Positions 17,214 to 28,086 of a stretch of DNA of 32,000 nt are shown in pieces (positions within the stretch are counted from its first letter, which is position 1; each line of letters opens with the position of its first letter). Under the pieces are notes generated by a model. It made no database searches. It saw nothing but the letters and a program-made list of their open reading frames with translations, and was not told the origin of the DNA. Source of the stretch: Acaryochloris thomasi RCC1774. GTDB taxonomy: Bacteria > Cyanobacteriota > Cyanobacteriia > Thermosynechococcales > Thermosynechococcaceae. The stretch spans positions 30,001 to 62,000 of the forward strand of contig NZ_PQWO01000001.1 of assembly GCF_003231495.1 (NCBI RefSeq), written 5' to 3'. The position numbers and the translations under genes were made by a program.

Positions 17214-17318
17214 CTAAACGCTTACGCGTTTGATCTTAGAGCAGCCTCTAAGACTCATAACAGCTAAAAAAATTAAGGATGAGGCAAAGGCTACAACAGC
17301 AGCTGCCCATACGGGCAT
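17214..17318 (-). CDS. Candidate 34-aa hydrophobic micro-protein, not in the ORF track
   Basis: Hand translation gives MPVWAAAVVAFASSLIFLAVMSLRGCSKIKRVSV followed by TAG. It has one TM-like helix and a basic tail. It lies between the rpmE terminator hairpin and the S4-domain gene, ending 27 nt before that gene's start. Confidence 0.25.
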   Translation of the reverse strand: MPVWAAAVVAFASSLIFLAVMSLRGCSKIKRVSV

Positions 17319-17341
17319 GACTCTTTAAAATCTTAAAGCAA

Positions 17342-17372
17342 GTTTCCTTGATGCCACCGACATCAAGGAAAC
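17342..17372 (-). terminator. Putative intrinsic terminator at the end of the ribosomal superoperon (after rpmE)
   Basis: Perfect 12-bp stem, gtttccttgatg (17342-17353) with catcaaggaaac (17361-17372), and a 7-nt loop. On the minus strand it is followed by the moderately U-rich ttgctttaagatttt. It lies 42 nt past the rpmE stop. Confidence 0.5.
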
Positions 17373-17413
17373 AAAAAAGGTTCTAAAACTGTACAGCAGT
17401 TTAGCTGAGTTCC

Positions 17414-17689
17414 CTACGTATCTTTTTCTTCAGATACAGGTTCCTCTTTCGCCTTCTTATCTGAAGCACCAGCCTGCTGATCCTCAGCCATACCGTACTT
17501 CCGCATAAAGCGCTCCACTCGTCCCTCAGTATCAATAATTTTCTGAGTTCCAGTGTAAAAAGGATGATTACCCGACCAAATATCGACGTTCAGCTCAGGC
17601 TTAGTAGAGCCAACGGTCATTACAACCTCGCCATCGCAGTACACTTTGGCCTCGGGGTACCACTCGGGATGAATCTCTGATTTAGGCAT
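17414..17689 (-). CDS. rpmE: 50S ribosomal protein L31
   Basis: [21 protein letters not shown]...[27 protein letters not shown]. Confidence 0.95.
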   Translation of the reverse strand: MPKSEIHPEWYPEAKVYCDGEVVMTVGSTKPELNVDIWSGNHPFYTGTQKIIDTEGRVERFMRKYGMAEDQQAGASDKKAKEEPVSEEKDT

Positions 17690-17740
17690 GGGTCTATGAG
17701 TAAAAAGGTGTGCTAAAGATGGAGAATAATGAGTGAAAAA

Positions 17741-18157
17741 TTATCGTTTGGAGTACTGAGGCGCTTTACGAGCCTTGCGTAAGCCATACTTCTTTCGCTC
17801 CTTCGCGCGCGGATCGCGGGTGAGATATCCTTCAAGCTTCAATGGCTTGCGGTTATCAGGATCAAGCTGACAAAGCGCACGGGCAACCCCTAAACGGATG
17901 GCATCAGCCTGCCCCGTCAAACCACCACCACGGGCGTTGGCAATAATATCGTAATCTCCCTCTAGCCCCAGCGCCTCCAACGGAGCTTTAACCAGCGCTA
18001 AATAGGTAGGATTAAACTGCAGGTATAGGTCTCCTGCCTTACGATTAATCGTTAGCTGCCCCGAACCTGGGACTAGCCGAACCCGCACCACAGAAGATTT
18101 GCGGCGACCCGTACCAGCATAGCTGACACGGTTAGATTTTTGTTCAGTGGCTTGCAT
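17741..18157 (-). CDS. rpsI: 30S ribosomal protein S9
   Basis: [19 protein letters not shown] and the C-terminal [12 protein letters not shown]. The start overlaps the rplM stop as TAATG. Confidence 0.96.
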   Translation of the reverse strand: MQATEQKSNRVSYAGTGRRKSSVVRVRLVPGSGQLTINRKAGDLYLQFNPTYLALVKAPLEALGLEGDYDIIANARGGGLTGQADAIRLGVARALCQLDPDNRKPLKLEGYLTRDPRAKERKKYGLRKARKAPQYSKR

Positions 18158-18612
18158 TAGCTATTCGCTCCTGGAATGGTCTGAATCGTTAAGGTTTCGG
18201 GCTGCTGAGATTGGTGGGGATGATCAGGGCCAGCATAGACCTTCAGCTTCGTAAATAGCTGACGCCCCAAAGCATTTTTAGGCAGCATCCCCTTGACGGC
18301 TTTCTCCACAATCCTCTCAGGAATCCGATTTTGGAGATGATCAAAGGTTTCAGTCTTCATCCCACCCGGTCGCCCTGAGTGGCGACGGTACAGCTTCTGT
18401 TCACGCTTACGGCCCGTGACATCAACTTTCTCAGCGTTGATAACAACTACGAAATCGCCGGTATCCATAAATGGAGTGTAATCAGGCTTCGTCTTCCCCC
18501 GCAAAATCATGGCGATTTGAGTGGCAAGGCGTCCTAAACGCTGGTTCTCAGCATCCACAACGTACCATTTCTTTTCGAGAGTGGCAGGAGAGGGGAGATA
18601 GGTTTTTTGCAT
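18157..18612 (-). CDS. rplM: 50S ribosomal protein L13
   Basis: MQKTYLPS...[47 protein letters not shown]. The ATG at 18612 is preferred over the track start 4 codons upstream. Confidence 0.95.
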   Translation of the reverse strand: MQKTYLPSPATLEKKWYVVDAENQRLGRLATQIAMILRGKTKPDYTPFMDTGDFVVVINAEKVDVTGRKREQKLYRRHSGRPGGMKTETFDHLQNRIPERIVEKAVKGMLPKNALGRQLFTKLKVYAGPDHPHQSQQPETLTIQTIPGANS

Positions 18613-18649
18613 GGAATTTCTCAACTTGGCAAAGCTAGCGGGACAAAAA

Positions 18650-19507
18650 CTAAACGGAGGCAGCGGCAGGTAGATGAAACTGAGGAAAGGTATCGAACCA
18701 AACCTCCGGCGGGAAAGGAAAGAGGGGATATCCCACCCTCAAAAGACACAGGCCTTGAGGTGGTGCGGCATACCTCACCTGCTCTCGCTGCTCAGTTTGC
18801 CAGATCTGCGTAAAACTTTCAGGAGAACGCACTCCTCGCCCCACCTGCACCAGCATACCCACCAGCAGCCGCATCATCCCGTATAAGAAGCCGCTGGCCT
18901 GTAGCTCAATCTCAACTAAAGCATCTGAGTAACCATCCTTTTGTCCAGCTTGCCGACATTCAGCAGCCTGAACATCAACCCAAGAGTGAGGACGACTGGA
19001 GCCCGCACGATGAAACGCCGCTAGGTGATGATGTCCCACCATCGGCGCCAAGGCCGCCTGCATACGTTCAACATCTAAAGGCTTGTAATAGTAATGCCAA
19101 GTAAACGGGCGGAGGAAAAGGTTAGGCCTTGGGTCAGTGTAAAGAGAATAGCGATAGCGCCGCCACTGCGCCGAGAAGCGAGCATGCCAGGTCTTAGGAA
19201 CCTCTGCAGAACCCCGAATCGCAATGTCAACCGGCAAATACTTGTTAAGCACATTCGACCAGCGATGGGCAGGGATGGGGGATTCTGTCTCAAAATGGGC
19301 CACCTGCGCCGCCGCATGAACCCCCGAATCCGTCCGTCCAGCACCATACAATTTGATACGACAGCCTGTAATCGCCTTCAAAGCCTGCTCAATTTCAGCC
19401 TGAACGCTGCGATGATTTGGCTGTCGCTGCCAGCCATGAAAATTAGTGCCCAGGTATTGAATGACCAAGGCAATTCGTTTTGAAGTGTCAGTGGAGCAGG
19501 CCGTCAT
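18650..19507 (-). CDS. truA: tRNA pseudouridine(38-40) synthase TruA
   Basis: [20 protein letters not shown] plus the catalytic motif [11 protein letters not shown]. It sits in the usual cyanobacterial position between rplQ and rplM. Confidence 0.92.
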   Translation of the reverse strand: MTACSTDTSKRIALVIQYLGTNFHGWQRQPNHRSVQAEIEQALKAITGCRIKLYGAGRTDSGVHAAAQVAHFETESPIPAHRWSNVLNKYLPVDIAIRGSAEVPKTWHARFSAQWRRYRYSLYTDPRPNLFLRPFTWHYYYKPLDVERMQAALAPMVGHHHLAAFHRAGSSRPHSWVDVQAAECRQAGQKDGYSDALVEIELQASGFLYGMMRLLVGMLVQVGRGVRSPESFTQIWQTEQREQVRYAAPPQGLCLLRVGYPLFPFPPEVWFDTFPQFHLPAAASV

Positions 19508-19536
19508 AAGTCTGAGTCAAACAGTCATAAGATACG

Positions 19537-19887
19537 CTAGGTCAGCTCAATAATAGCTAATTCAGCATTATCGCCCCGACGACGAGTCGTGCGAATGATG
19601 CGAGTATAGCCACCGTTGCGATCGCTATACCGATCCTTTACCTGATCAAATAAAGCATGGACAAGCTGCTTGTCATAGACGTAACCCAACACCTTACGAC
19701 GAGAGGCCAAAGAACCATCCTTCGCAAGGGTAATCATTTTATCAGCCTGAGACCGAACCGCTTTAGCACGAGCCTTGGTGGTGGTCACTCGGCCATGACG
19801 AATCAATTGGGTAGTCAAAGCACGCAGCAAGGCTTTTCGCTGATCTGCAGGCTTACCCAGTTTTGGAATACGACAACCGTGACGCAT
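19537..19887 (-). CDS. rplQ: 50S ribosomal protein L17
   Basis: [45 protein letters not shown]. Confidence 0.96.
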   Translation of the reverse strand: MRHGCRIPKLGKPADQRKALLRALTTQLIRHGRVTTTKARAKAVRSQADKMITLAKDGSLASRRKVLGYVYDKQLVHALFDQVKDRYSDRNGGYTRIIRTTRRRGDNAELAIIELT

Positions 19888-19898
19888 AATTTTAATCC

Positions 19899-20846
19899 TT
19901 AACTACTCTTCGAAGACTTTTCGTAGGGAAGCGTAATTCCCAGATGAACCTGGAGCGCTTCAATCACCTCTTCTGCCGACTTGGCACCGAAGTTTTTAAT
20001 TTCCAGAAGATCCTCCTGGGTATAATCAAGCAAATCAGCCACGCTATTGATTTGGGCTCGCTTGAGACAGTTATAAGCACGGACAGAGAGATTCAAACCT
20101 TCAATAGGAATCTGATTAGTCTCATCCTCTTCTTCCACCTCAGACTCTTCTGCAGCCCTAAAGCTAGCGTCTTTAAGAGGCGAGAATAAATCAACTAAGA
20201 TGGTTGCAGCTTGGCTCAGCGACTCCTGAGGCGTAAGGCTACCGTTTGTCCAAACATCTAAGATTAAGCGATCCTTTTCAAGCGCACCACCAACACGAGC
20301 ATCCTCAACTGTATAGTTGACTTTACGCACTGGCATGAAGATAGCGTCAAGCTGCAGGAAGTCAAGAGCAGCGGAATCATCCTGACTCTTGCTAATCGAC
20401 TTGTAGCCTTTGCCAAGCTCAACCTTGAACTCCATCTCTAGCGTCGCATCCGTCGATAGGGTCGCGACATATTGATCAGGGTTAATTACCTCAACATCTG
20501 TCGACAGCTCAAAGTTCTGTGACGTCACTGTTGCAGGCCCTTGAACAAACAGTCGGCCAATTTGAGGATCACCGCTATAACTGCGAAGCACCATTTGCTT
20601 CATATTCAAAAGAATGTCAAGAACATCTTCACGCACCCCTGGAATAGTTGCAAACTCATGATTAACGCCTGCAATACGTACAGCTGTCACAGCTGCACCC
20701 TGGAGATTTGAGAGCAAGACTCGTCTCAGAGCATTCCCAATAGTGGTTCCCTGCCCTCGGTCGAGGGGTTCTAGAATAAATCTGCTATACTGACTGTAAT
20801 CCGCTTCAGTGCTTGATTCGACACACTCAACCTGAAATTGCGCCAC
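19899..20846 (-). CDS. rpoA: DNA-directed RNA polymerase subunit alpha
   Basis: N-terminal domain [24 protein letters not shown] and C-terminal domain [26 protein letters not shown]. Confidence 0.97.
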   Translation of the reverse strand: MAQFQVECVESSTEADYSQYSRFILEPLDRGQGTTIGNALRRVLLSNLQGAAVTAVRIAGVNHEFATIPGVREDVLDILLNMKQMVLRSYSGDPQIGRLFVQGPATVTSQNFELSTDVEVINPDQYVATLSTDATLEMEFKVELGKGYKSISKSQDDSAALDFLQLDAIFMPVRKVNYTVEDARVGGALEKDRLILDVWTNGSLTPQESLSQAATILVDLFSPLKDASFRAAEESEVEEEDETNQIPIEGLNLSVRAYNCLKRAQINSVADLLDYTQEDLLEIKNFGAKSAEEVIEALQVHLGITLPYEKSSKSS

Positions 20847-20935
20847 GAAGAATTCTCCCTTGTTGCTCTGCTTAACTCAAGATGGGTTCACTTCCCATCT
20901 GATGCAAAATAATCATTAATGCTCTGAATAAATGC

Positions 20936-20967
20936 AAAAGGTTGACTCCGCTAATAGTGGGTCAACC
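20936..20967 (-). terminator. Putative attenuator/terminator hairpin in the rpsK-rpoA spacer
   Basis: The minus strand reads GGTTGAC-ccactattagcgga-GTCAACC-TTTTgcatttatt. The 7-bp arms are at 20961-20967 and 20940-20946. It starts 7 nt after the rpsK stop. Confidence 0.35.
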
Positions 20968-20973
20968 CCATCA

Positions 20974-21369
20974 CTAAACGCGCCGACGCTTCGGGGGGCG
21001 ACAGCCATTATGTGGAATGGGCGTGACATCCCGAATCAGAGTGATTTCTAAACCGGCACCTTGAAGAGCACGAATCGCAGTTTCTCGACCTGCGCCTGGG
21101 CCACTAACCATCACTTCAATCTGCCGCATCCCCTGGTCAATAGCCCTACGAGCTGCGCTTTCAGAAGCAGTCTGAGCCGCAAAGGGGGTGCCTTTCTTGG
21201 CCCCCTTGAAGCCACTAGAGCCGGCCGAAGCCCAAGAAACGACCTCTCCGCCCACGTCACTAATCGTGACAATAGTATTGTTGAAGGTTGACTGAATATG
21301 AGCAACGCCATTAGGAACGTGACGCTTTTGCTTACGTCCCCCTGCTCGTTTTGTTGGTTGCTTTGCCAT
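20974..21369 (-). CDS. rpsK: 30S ribosomal protein S11
   Basis: [46 protein letters not shown]. Confidence 0.97.
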   Translation of the reverse strand: MAKQPTKRAGGRKQKRHVPNGVAHIQSTFNNTIVTISDVGGEVVSWASAGSSGFKGAKKGTPFAAQTASESAARRAIDQGMRQIEVMVSGPGAGRETAIRALQGAGLEITLIRDVTPIPHNGCRPPKRRRV

Positions 21370-21450
21370 GTTGATTACAAATAATTGAAATAATTAAACA
21401 GATTGGGAGCGCAGACATCAAAGCTTAGCGACTCAGACCAGCAATAAACA

Positions 21451-21831
21451 CTACTTCTTAGCAGGTGCTTTCTTCTTGCCAGCAACGGTACGACGACCAC
21501 CGCGTCGAGTGCGACTATTGGTTCGGGTCCTCTGCCCTCGAACAGGCAAACCTAAGCGATGTCTTCGACCCCGATAGGCACCAATATCCATTAATCGCTT
21601 GACATTCATAGATTCCCATCGCCGCAAATCTCCTTCAACCTGATAGGTTGAAATCGCATTTCGCAGAACTGTTACGTCCGTATCAGCAAGGTCTTTAACT
21701 CGCGTATCTGGATTGACACCTGTCGCTGCCAAAATATCTTGTGCTCGCTTAAGACCAATTCCATAAATATAGGTCAGACCGATCTCAATACGCTTGTCGC
21801 GAGGAAGGTCAACACCGGAAATTCTAGCCAC
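21451..21831 (-). CDS. rpsM: 30S ribosomal protein S13
   Basis: [26 protein letters not shown]...[14 protein letters not shown]. Confidence 0.97.
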   Translation of the reverse strand: MARISGVDLPRDKRIEIGLTYIYGIGLKRAQDILAATGVNPDTRVKDLADTDVTVLRNAISTYQVEGDLRRWESMNVKRLMDIGAYRGRRHRLGLPVRGQRTRTNSRTRRGGRRTVAGKKKAPAKK

Positions 21832-21921
21832 TCTTCTCTATCTCCCTGGGGTGAGCGTCAATTTAACTAACAACCAACCAAAAGAACGCTCTTCTCTCTT
21901 TTACTGGCTAACGACTCAGAA

Positions 21922-22035
21922 TCAACCCTGGCGCTGCTTGTGCTTCGGATTGGAACAAATAACCATTACCCGCCCTCGGCGACGAATAACTCGGCACTTG
22001 TCACACATTTTGCGCACCGATGAACGAACTTTCAT
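21922..22035 (-). CDS. rpmJ: 50S ribosomal protein L36, below the ORF-track cutoff
   Basis: Hand translation of the minus strand gives [37 protein letters not shown] followed by TGA. That is 37 aa with the C..C...C..H zinc motif, in the expected slot between infA and rpsM. Confidence 0.95.
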   Translation of the reverse strand: MKVRSSVRKMCDKCRVIRRRGRVMVICSNPKHKQRQG

Positions 22036-22063
22036 ATTTGACTCTTATTTCTACAAAACAGTA

Positions 22064-22092
22064 ATTATAGCGTTTTTGTGTATACTTATAAA
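22064..22092 (-). promoter_or_regulatory. Putative sigma70-type internal promoter upstream of rpmJ
   Basis: The minus strand has TTTATA (22087-22092), a 17-nt spacer, then TATAAT (22064-22069). It sits in an AT-rich 81-nt infA-rpmJ spacer, about 28 nt upstream of the rpmJ ATG. Confidence 0.35.
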
Positions 22093-22116
22093 CATTTTTA
22101 TGGGCCAGTTACCATT

Positions 22117-22341
22117 TTATTTTTTTCGTAACCGATAGGTAATACGCCCCTTAGTCAGATCGTATGGACTTAGTTCTACTTTCACGCGATCACCGGGCAA
22201 AATCTTGATATAGTTACGCCGGATCTTGCCAGAGATATGGGTTAGCACATTCATCCCATTATCGAGATCAACTCGAAACATTGCGTTCGGCAATGACTCC
22301 GTAACAGTGCCCTCCATTTCAATTGCATCTTGCTTAGCCAA
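22117..22341 (-). CDS. infA: Translation initiation factor IF-1
   Basis: [29 protein letters not shown]...[33 protein letters not shown]. Confidence 0.97.
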   Translation of the reverse strand: MAKQDAIEMEGTVTESLPNAMFRVDLDNGMNVLTHISGKIRRNYIKILPGDRVKVELSPYDLTKGRITYRLRKK

Positions 22342-22420
22342 TGGCTAATTCCTCCGTTTCTACTGTTCCAATTACCTTCCTATCGACTAGCAAGGAAAGT
22401 TAAAGTCTTGTATCTAAAAT

Positions 22421-22981
22421 TTATTCCACTCCTGAGACCGCGCTCTGGATTCTCGAGGTAACAATCTCAACGTCTGCCGCACCGTCAATATTGACTAAGC
22501 GCGTTCCCTGCTCATAAAACGCCAGCACAGGAGCAGTATCGTTCCGATAGACCCTCAGCCGCTCTTGAATAACATCTTCAGTGTCATCCTTGCGCTGACG
22601 ACCCAGTAAACGTTCAATTAGAAGCGCTTCAGAAACCTGAAGATTGAGAACTCGGCTATAGTCTTGGTTTATCTCTGAGAGAAGCTGATCGAGAGCCTGA
22701 GCTTGAGGTACAGTCCTAGGGAACCCGTCCAATATCCATCCTTCAGCAATGTCAGGTTGAGACAGCCGGTCCCTAACCATGTCAATTACAACAACATCTG
22801 GGACTAACTTGCCCTCGTCTAAATAATTCTGGACCTTGAGTCCTAAGTCTGACCGAGCGGCAATAGCAGAACGGAAGATGTCACCCGTCGAAATATGAGG
22901 AACCTTCAACTGTCTTGATAAAGCAGCTGCTTGTGTTCCCTTACCTGCACCAGGAGGGCCAAATAGAATCAGACGAGCCAC
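22421..22981 (-). CDS. adk: Adenylate kinase
   Basis: Contains the P-loop LILFGPPGAGKGTQA and ILDGFPRTVPQA. The start is a GTG sharing one nt with the secY TAG stop (TAGTG). Confidence 0.95.
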   Translation of the reverse strand: MARLILFGPPGAGKGTQAAALSRQLKVPHISTGDIFRSAIAARSDLGLKVQNYLDEGKLVPDVVVIDMVRDRLSQPDIAEGWILDGFPRTVPQAQALDQLLSEINQDYSRVLNLQVSEALLIERLLGRQRKDDTEDVIQERLRVYRNDTAPVLAFYEQGTRLVNIDGAADVEIVTSRIQSAVSGVE

Positions 22982-24291
22982 TAGTCTTTCACCATGCCTT
23001 CATAACGTTGGGAGATTACGTAGGTCTGAATTTGCTTTGCGGTATCGATCGCAACACCCACCAAAATCAATAGTGACGTAGCCCCTAGCCCTTGAAAAGT
23101 GGTTACCTTAGTTGCATTTTCAACTGCCAAGGGAACAATAGCAACGGCCCCTAGGAAGAGCGCTCCCAAGAGAGTCAAGCGATTCAGAACCCGCTCGATA
23201 TACTCAGTAGTAGCTCGACCTGGGCGGATTCCAGGAATGCTCGCTCCCATCTTCTTTAAATTCTGCGACAAATCAACGGGGTTGATGATCAAAGAGGCAT
23301 AAAAATAGCTAAAGAAAATAATCATCGACATATAGAAGATGACGTAAACCCAAGGTAGGGAGCTGCTTGGAGATAAATAACTTGCGAAGGTCTGAATGGT
23401 TGTATTGCCTGAAAACTGAGCTAAAGTACTGGGTAAGACCAGCATGGCCGATGCAAAAATAATCGGCATCACACCCCCTGAATTGAGTCGTAGGGGCAGA
23501 TAACTCTTTTGTTCACGATAGAGGCGGCGTCCTACCTGCCTTCGGGCGTAGACAATTGGAATTCTGCGGGTGCCTTCTTGAACAAAAACGATGCCAATGA
23601 TCATGACCAGAAATACAACGATCAGGGCGATCACACCACCCACGCTGCCGCCGCCTTGAGCAAAATCAATCGTCTGACTGATGGAGCGGGGTAGCACCGA
23701 GACAATACTCAAGAAGATCAAGAGTGAAGCACCGTTACCAATCCCTTTCTCTGTGATAATCTCACCGGCCCACATTACAAACATTGAACCGGCAGTCAAT
23801 GCCAACACCATCTGAACGATGAAAGCAGGGCCTGGGTTAATCACAACACCCTCAGTATTGTTCACTAAAAGAGAAAATCCAATACTTTGCGCAACAGCCC
23901 ACCCTAAGGCAACATAGCGGGTAATTTGAGAAATTTTGCGTCGCCCAGCTTCTCCCTCGTCTTTCTGCAGTCGCTCAAGAGAAGGTAAAGCTGCGGTTAA
24001 AAGCTGCAAGATGATCGAAGCATTAATAAAAGGAATAATGCCCAATGCAAAAATACCGACAGCAGAAAGACCACCGCCAGAGAAATAGTCAAGAAACCCC
24101 AAGATTGGATTACCTGCAAAGGCTGTCTTAAAAACCTCTCGGTTGATACCAGGAACAGGCAAATAGATGCCCATGCGGACCAAAATCAAAAGGCCCAATG
24201 TAATAAAGACTCGGCCCCGCAGACCTGCGGCCTGGGCCATTTGCATAAAGGTTTCTTGAGCAGTGGGGGCTTTCCCGCGACTAACAACCAT
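22981..24291 (-). CDS. secY: Preprotein translocase subunit SecY
   Basis: 436 aa, polytopic, with GIIPFINASIILQLL and GIRPGRATTEYI. It holds the canonical position between rplO and adk. Confidence 0.97.
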   Translation of the reverse strand: MVVSRGKAPTAQETFMQMAQAAGLRGRVFITLGLLILVRMGIYLPVPGINREVFKTAFAGNPILGFLDYFSGGGLSAVGIFALGIIPFINASIILQLLTAALPSLERLQKDEGEAGRRKISQITRYVALGWAVAQSIGFSLLVNNTEGVVINPGPAFIVQMVLALTAGSMFVMWAGEIITEKGIGNGASLLIFLSIVSVLPRSISQTIDFAQGGGSVGGVIALIVVFLVMIIGIVFVQEGTRRIPIVYARRQVGRRLYREQKSYLPLRLNSGGVMPIIFASAMLVLPSTLAQFSGNTTIQTFASYLSPSSSLPWVYVIFYMSMIIFFSYFYASLIINPVDLSQNLKKMGASIPGIRPGRATTEYIERVLNRLTLLGALFLGAVAIVPLAVENATKVTTFQGLGATSLLILVGVAIDTAKQIQTYVISQRYEGMVKD

Positions 24292-24344
24292 GATCGAAAA
24301 ATCTCGCTAATCTGACGACTGATGATAAACGGAAAAACATGCGT

Positions 24345-24788
24345 CTAGATGGCCTCAAAACTCCCGCCTGCGGACTCAATTTTTGCGATCGCACCTTTTG
24401 TAGCCGCTGCCGCCTTAACGCTGAGTGCTACAGAAAGTTCACCATCACCTAAAAGCTTGAGCGGACCATCATTTGAGGTCACAATCCCTGCTTCCATCAA
24501 AGACTCCAGAGTGACGTCAGAGCCTTTTTTGAGATCACAAAGCTTACCAACGTTAACGACCGTATACTCTTTACGGTTAACTAACGTAAAATGCTTAAGC
24601 TTGGGTACGCGACGATAGAGAGGATTTTGACCACCCTCAAAACCAGGGCGAGTGGGGCGGCCTGATCTAGATTTCTGACCCCGCATTCCAAAGCCACAGC
24701 TAGCGCCTTGACCAGCGGAGATGCCTCGTCCCAGACGGCGGCGGCGCTTCTGTGAACCTGATTTAGGTTGTGCGTCTTGTAATCTCAT
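24345..24788 (-). CDS. rplO: 50S ribosomal protein L15
   Basis: [26 protein letters not shown]...[14 protein letters not shown]. Confidence 0.96.
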   Translation of the reverse strand: MRLQDAQPKSGSQKRRRRLGRGISAGQGASCGFGMRGQKSRSGRPTRPGFEGGQNPLYRRVPKLKHFTLVNRKEYTVVNVGKLCDLKKGSDVTLESLMEAGIVTSNDGPLKLLGDGELSVALSVKAAAATKGAIAKIESAGGSFEAI

Positions 24789-24863
24789 GGATCCAGTGTA
24801 TAAATTTTAAGCAAGTTAAAGCAAGATAGCGTTTCGGCCACCCATTAGCAGCGTGTCTAGCTC

Positions 24864-25385
24864 TTAAGCGTAGAGCTTTTCAACCGGTATGCCACGTTCC
24901 TCAGCAACCCCGGAGAAAGTTCGTAAAGAATCGAGCGCATCCAGGGCAGCCCTAGCGTTATTGAGAGGGTTGTCAGAGCCTAACTGCTTCGCGAGCACGT
25001 TGCGGACACCCGCTAACTCTAACACGGTACGCACTGCGCCACCGGCAATCACACCTGTTCCTGGTGCAGCAGGCCGGAGCATAACTTTTGCGGCACCACC
25101 TCGACCGGTAATTGGATGAGGCACAGAATTAGCCTTAGTGAGCGGAACTTCTACAAGCTGCTTCTTACCGTCAGCAACTCCCTTACGGACAGCTCCAATC
25201 ACGTCACTAGCCTTACCAACGCCAACGCCAACCTGGCCTTTTTCATTACCAACCACCACAATGGCTCGGAAGCTAAGCTTTTTACCGCCCTTTACCACCT
25301 TAGAAACGCGGCGGATCTGAACCACGCGCTCTTGCCAGTTACTGTCTTTCTCGCGGCTGCGATTTCCCTTGCGACGACCTGCCAT
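24864..25385 (-). CDS. rpsE: 30S ribosomal protein S5
   Basis: [44 protein letters not shown]. Confidence 0.97.
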   Translation of the reverse strand: MAGRRKGNRSREKDSNWQERVVQIRRVSKVVKGGKKLSFRAIVVVGNEKGQVGVGVGKASDVIGAVRKGVADGKKQLVEVPLTKANSVPHPITGRGGAAKVMLRPAAPGTGVIAGGAVRTVLELAGVRNVLAKQLGSDNPLNNARAALDALDSLRTFSGVAEERGIPVEKLYA

Positions 25386-25401
25386 CTTTCATCTACCTCT
25401 T

Positions 25402-25761
25402 TTAAAACTGTAGTCCTGCTTCACGAGCGGCATCTGCTAATGCCTTAACCCGACCGTGGAAAAGATTGCCGCCCCGATCAAAGACAACAGCCTTAATACC
25501 CTTCTCTAAAGCCCGTTCAGCAACCAACTGCCCCACCTGCATGGATGCATCACAATTAGCACCAGACGAAGCCTTTTTCTTCACAGCTTCATCAAGAGAT
25601 GAAGCTGCTGCCAAGGTATGCTGTTGCACGTCATCAATAACCTGGGCATAAATGTGCTGATTAGAGCGAAAAACAGCGAGACGAGGCTGAGTAGCTGTAC
25701 CGCTAACTTTTCGACGCACTCGACGATGACGGCTACGGGTAGCCTGCTTACGAGTTTTCAT
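25402..25761 (-). CDS. rplR: 50S ribosomal protein L18
   Basis: [34 protein letters not shown]...[26 protein letters not shown]. Confidence 0.96.
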   Translation of the reverse strand: MKTRKQATRSRHRRVRRKVSGTATQPRLAVFRSNQHIYAQVIDDVQQHTLAAASSLDEAVKKKASSGANCDASMQVGQLVAERALEKGIKAVVFDRGGNLFHGRVKALADAAREAGLQF

Positions 25762-26301
25762 TTACTTCTTCCCTGCCTTGCCGACCTTGCGGCGTACGTA
25801 TTCTCCCTCATACCGAATTCCCTTACCCTTGTAAGGCTCAGGAGGGCGAACAGCACGAATTCGCGCCGCTGTATTGCCCACAATCTCTTTATTAATTCCA
25901 CTCACAGTCACATTCGTATTGCCATCTACCGCGACTTGAATGCCTTCCGGTGGTTCAATAGTAACTGGATTGCTGTAGCCAACGTTCAGGACCAAGTTTT
26001 TGCCCTGGACCTGGGCGCGATAGCCTACTCCGATAATCTGCAGCTTCCTTTCGAAACCTTTAGAGACGCCTTCCACCATATTGGCAACTAGGGTACGACA
26101 GAGTCCATGACGCTGACGAGCATTACGCGACTCATCTCGACGAGACACGACGATGGCCTTATCCTGCTGCTCAAGCAACACTTCAGGAGGCAGCGTTCTA
26201 GAAAGCTCTCCTTTCGGACCTTTGACCGCCACAGATTGTCCATCTAAAGTCACCGTGACCTTATCGGGGATTTCCACCGGGCGTTTACCAATGCGAGACA
26301 T
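25762..26301 (-). CDS. rplF: 50S ribosomal protein L6
   Basis: [33 protein letters not shown]...[11 protein letters not shown]. Confidence 0.97.
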   Translation of the reverse strand: MSRIGKRPVEIPDKVTVTLDGQSVAVKGPKGELSRTLPPEVLLEQQDKAIVVSRRDESRNARQRHGLCRTLVANMVEGVSKGFERKLQIIGVGYRAQVQGKNLVLNVGYSNPVTIEPPEGIQVAVDGNTNVTVSGINKEIVGNTAARIRAVRPPEPYKGKGIRYEGEYVRRKVGKAGKK

Positions 26302-26337
26302 GTTGCCAACTCCGTAATCAAAAAATGCTAGGGAAGA

Positions 26338-26739
26338 CTACCAAACGTAGCAGAGAACTTCACCGCCGACGCCCTGACGGCGGGCGTCTCGATCAGTCAT
26401 GATGCCGCTGGAGGTTGAGATAATAGCAATACCAATACCACCTAGGACCCTGGGCAACTCTCTACGATTCGAGTAAACTCGCAATCCAGGCTTACTAATG
26501 CGCTGCAAAGTATTGATAATGGGCTGACGCTGTTTGCCCTTATACTTGAGCTGAATCACAAGCCGTTGCTCGACACCCTCTCCTGAGTCTTCAAAGGCGG
26601 AGATAAAACCCTCCTCCTTTAAGACCGCAGCAATATTGCGAGTCATCTTGGTGGACATCACCTCAGTGGCTTGATGCCGAGCTAGATTCGCGTTTCGAAT
26701 CCGGGTTAGCATATCGCCGATCGTGTCATTCGCTGCCAT
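26338..26739 (-). CDS. rpsH: 30S ribosomal protein S8
   Basis: [18 protein letters not shown]...GGEVLCYVW. Confidence 0.97.
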   Translation of the reverse strand: MAANDTIGDMLTRIRNANLARHQATEVMSTKMTRNIAAVLKEEGFISAFEDSGEGVEQRLVIQLKYKGKQRQPIINTLQRISKPGLRVYSNRRELPRVLGGIGIAIISTSSGIMTDRDARRQGVGGEVLCYVW

Positions 26740-26763
26740 AAGTACTCCTTAATAGACCGTTCC

Positions 26764-27309
26764 CTAGTTATCCCGGAAAGGCATCCCTAAAACTTTCAAT
26801 AGTGCTCGACCTTCTTCGTCTGTATTGGCAGTGGTGCTAATAGAGACGTCCATGCCCCGAATCTGATCGATGCTGTCATACTCAACCTCTGGAAAAATGA
26901 GCTGCTCACGCAGTCCCAAAGTGTAGTTTCCCCGGCCATCAAAACTTCTAGGACTTAAGCCCCGAAAATCTCGAATGCGAGGCAGAGCCAGACTAATCAA
27001 ACGGTCCAGGAAAGCGTACATGCGCTCACCTCTAAGCGTAACCATGACACCTACGGGCATACCCTCACGAATCTTGAAACCTGCGATCGCCTTCTTAGCA
27101 CGAGTGACAACAGGTCGCTGCCCCGTAATAACAGCAATTTCGCTCAGAGAGTTTTCCATCGCCTTAGCGTTCTGGGCGGCTTCACCCAAACCCCGGTTGA
27201 CCGTAATTTTAGAGAGGCTAGGAACTTGGTGGATATTTTTGTAGCTGAACTGCTCCTGCAATTTGGGAACTGCAGTGTCGGTATAGATTTGTTTAAGTCT
27301 GACAGTCAT
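26764..27309 (-). CDS. rplE: 50S ribosomal protein L5
   Basis: [40 protein letters not shown]...[16 protein letters not shown]. Confidence 0.97.
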   Translation of the reverse strand: MTVRLKQIYTDTAVPKLQEQFSYKNIHQVPSLSKITVNRGLGEAAQNAKAMENSLSEIAVITGQRPVVTRAKKAIAGFKIREGMPVGVMVTLRGERMYAFLDRLISLALPRIRDFRGLSPRSFDGRGNYTLGLREQLIFPEVEYDSIDQIRGMDVSISTTANTDEEGRALLKVLGMPFRDN

Positions 27310-27364
27310 AGTCGGTTATGGTCCTTACAATCCCTGGGCTTGGTCAGGGTTGATCACTACGCTA

Positions 27365-27709
27365 TTAATCAATGATTTCTCCCGTCTTTTTCAACATTCG
27401 CACCTTGCGACCATCATCAGTAAATGAATAGCAAACTCGACTAGCAACACTTTGCTTCTGAGAGTAGAGCATGACGTTAGAGCTATGAACGGGATACTCA
27501 TTGGTCGTAATTTGACCCGATTCGCCTTCACTCTGAGGCTTAATATGCTTAGTCTTGATGTTGACCCCTTCAACAATCACCTGACTCGTCTTTGGGTATA
27601 CCTGAAGGACTTCACCAACCTTAGCCTTATCCTTACCAGCAATGACCTGCACGGTATCGCCCTTCTTGACATGCATTTTATGTCGAATGACAGATTTATT
27701 TTTTGTCAT
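27365..27709 (-). CDS. rplX: 50S ribosomal protein L24
   Basis: [27 protein letters not shown] (KOW motif). The start ATG overlaps the rplN stop as TAATG. Confidence 0.95.
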   Translation of the reverse strand: MTKNKSVIRHKMHVKKGDTVQVIAGKDKAKVGEVLQVYPKTSQVIVEGVNIKTKHIKPQSEGESGQITTNEYPVHSSNVMLYSQKQSVASRVCYSFTDDGRKVRMLKKTGEIID

Positions 27710-28077
27710 TACAAAACCTCCGGAGCAAGTGAGACGATCTTAGTGAAGCTCTTTTCGCGCAGTTCACGAGCCACGGGACCAAAGACACGAGTGCCGCGCG
27801 GATTATTATCCTGGTTAATCAAGACCGCAGCATTATCATCAAATTTAATGCTCATGCCGCTTTCTCGGCTAATCGACTTTCGGGTTCGTACAATAACCGC
27901 TCGCACAATATCCGACTTCTTAACAGGCATATTAGGCGCAGCGTCTTTGACGGTAGCGATAATGACATCACCGACACCACCGTAGCGACGGTTACCACCT
28001 CCCAGCACCCGGATACAGAGAAGTTGTTTCGCGCCGCTATTATCGGCAACATTTAGACGAGTTTCTTGCTGAATCAT
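27709..28077 (-). CDS. rplN: 50S ribosomal protein L14
   Basis: [27 protein letters not shown]. Confidence 0.98.
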   Translation of the reverse strand: MIQQETRLNVADNSGAKQLLCIRVLGGGNRRYGGVGDVIIATVKDAAPNMPVKKSDIVRAVIVRTRKSISRESGMSIKFDDNAAVLINQDNNPRGTRVFGPVARELREKSFTKIVSLAPEVL

Positions 28078-28086
28078 GGACGGCCC

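Noticed and set aside
25618-26091. 157-aa plus-strand ORF; similar long antisense ORFs at 27452-27985, 31554-31988, 16550-16933 and 19094-19483
   Set aside because: All lie antisense within highly conserved genes: the first three in ribosomal protein genes (rplR/rplF, rplX/rplN, rplW/rplD), 16550-16933 in the S4-domain gene and 19094-19483 in truA. They are chance open frames with no independent signals.
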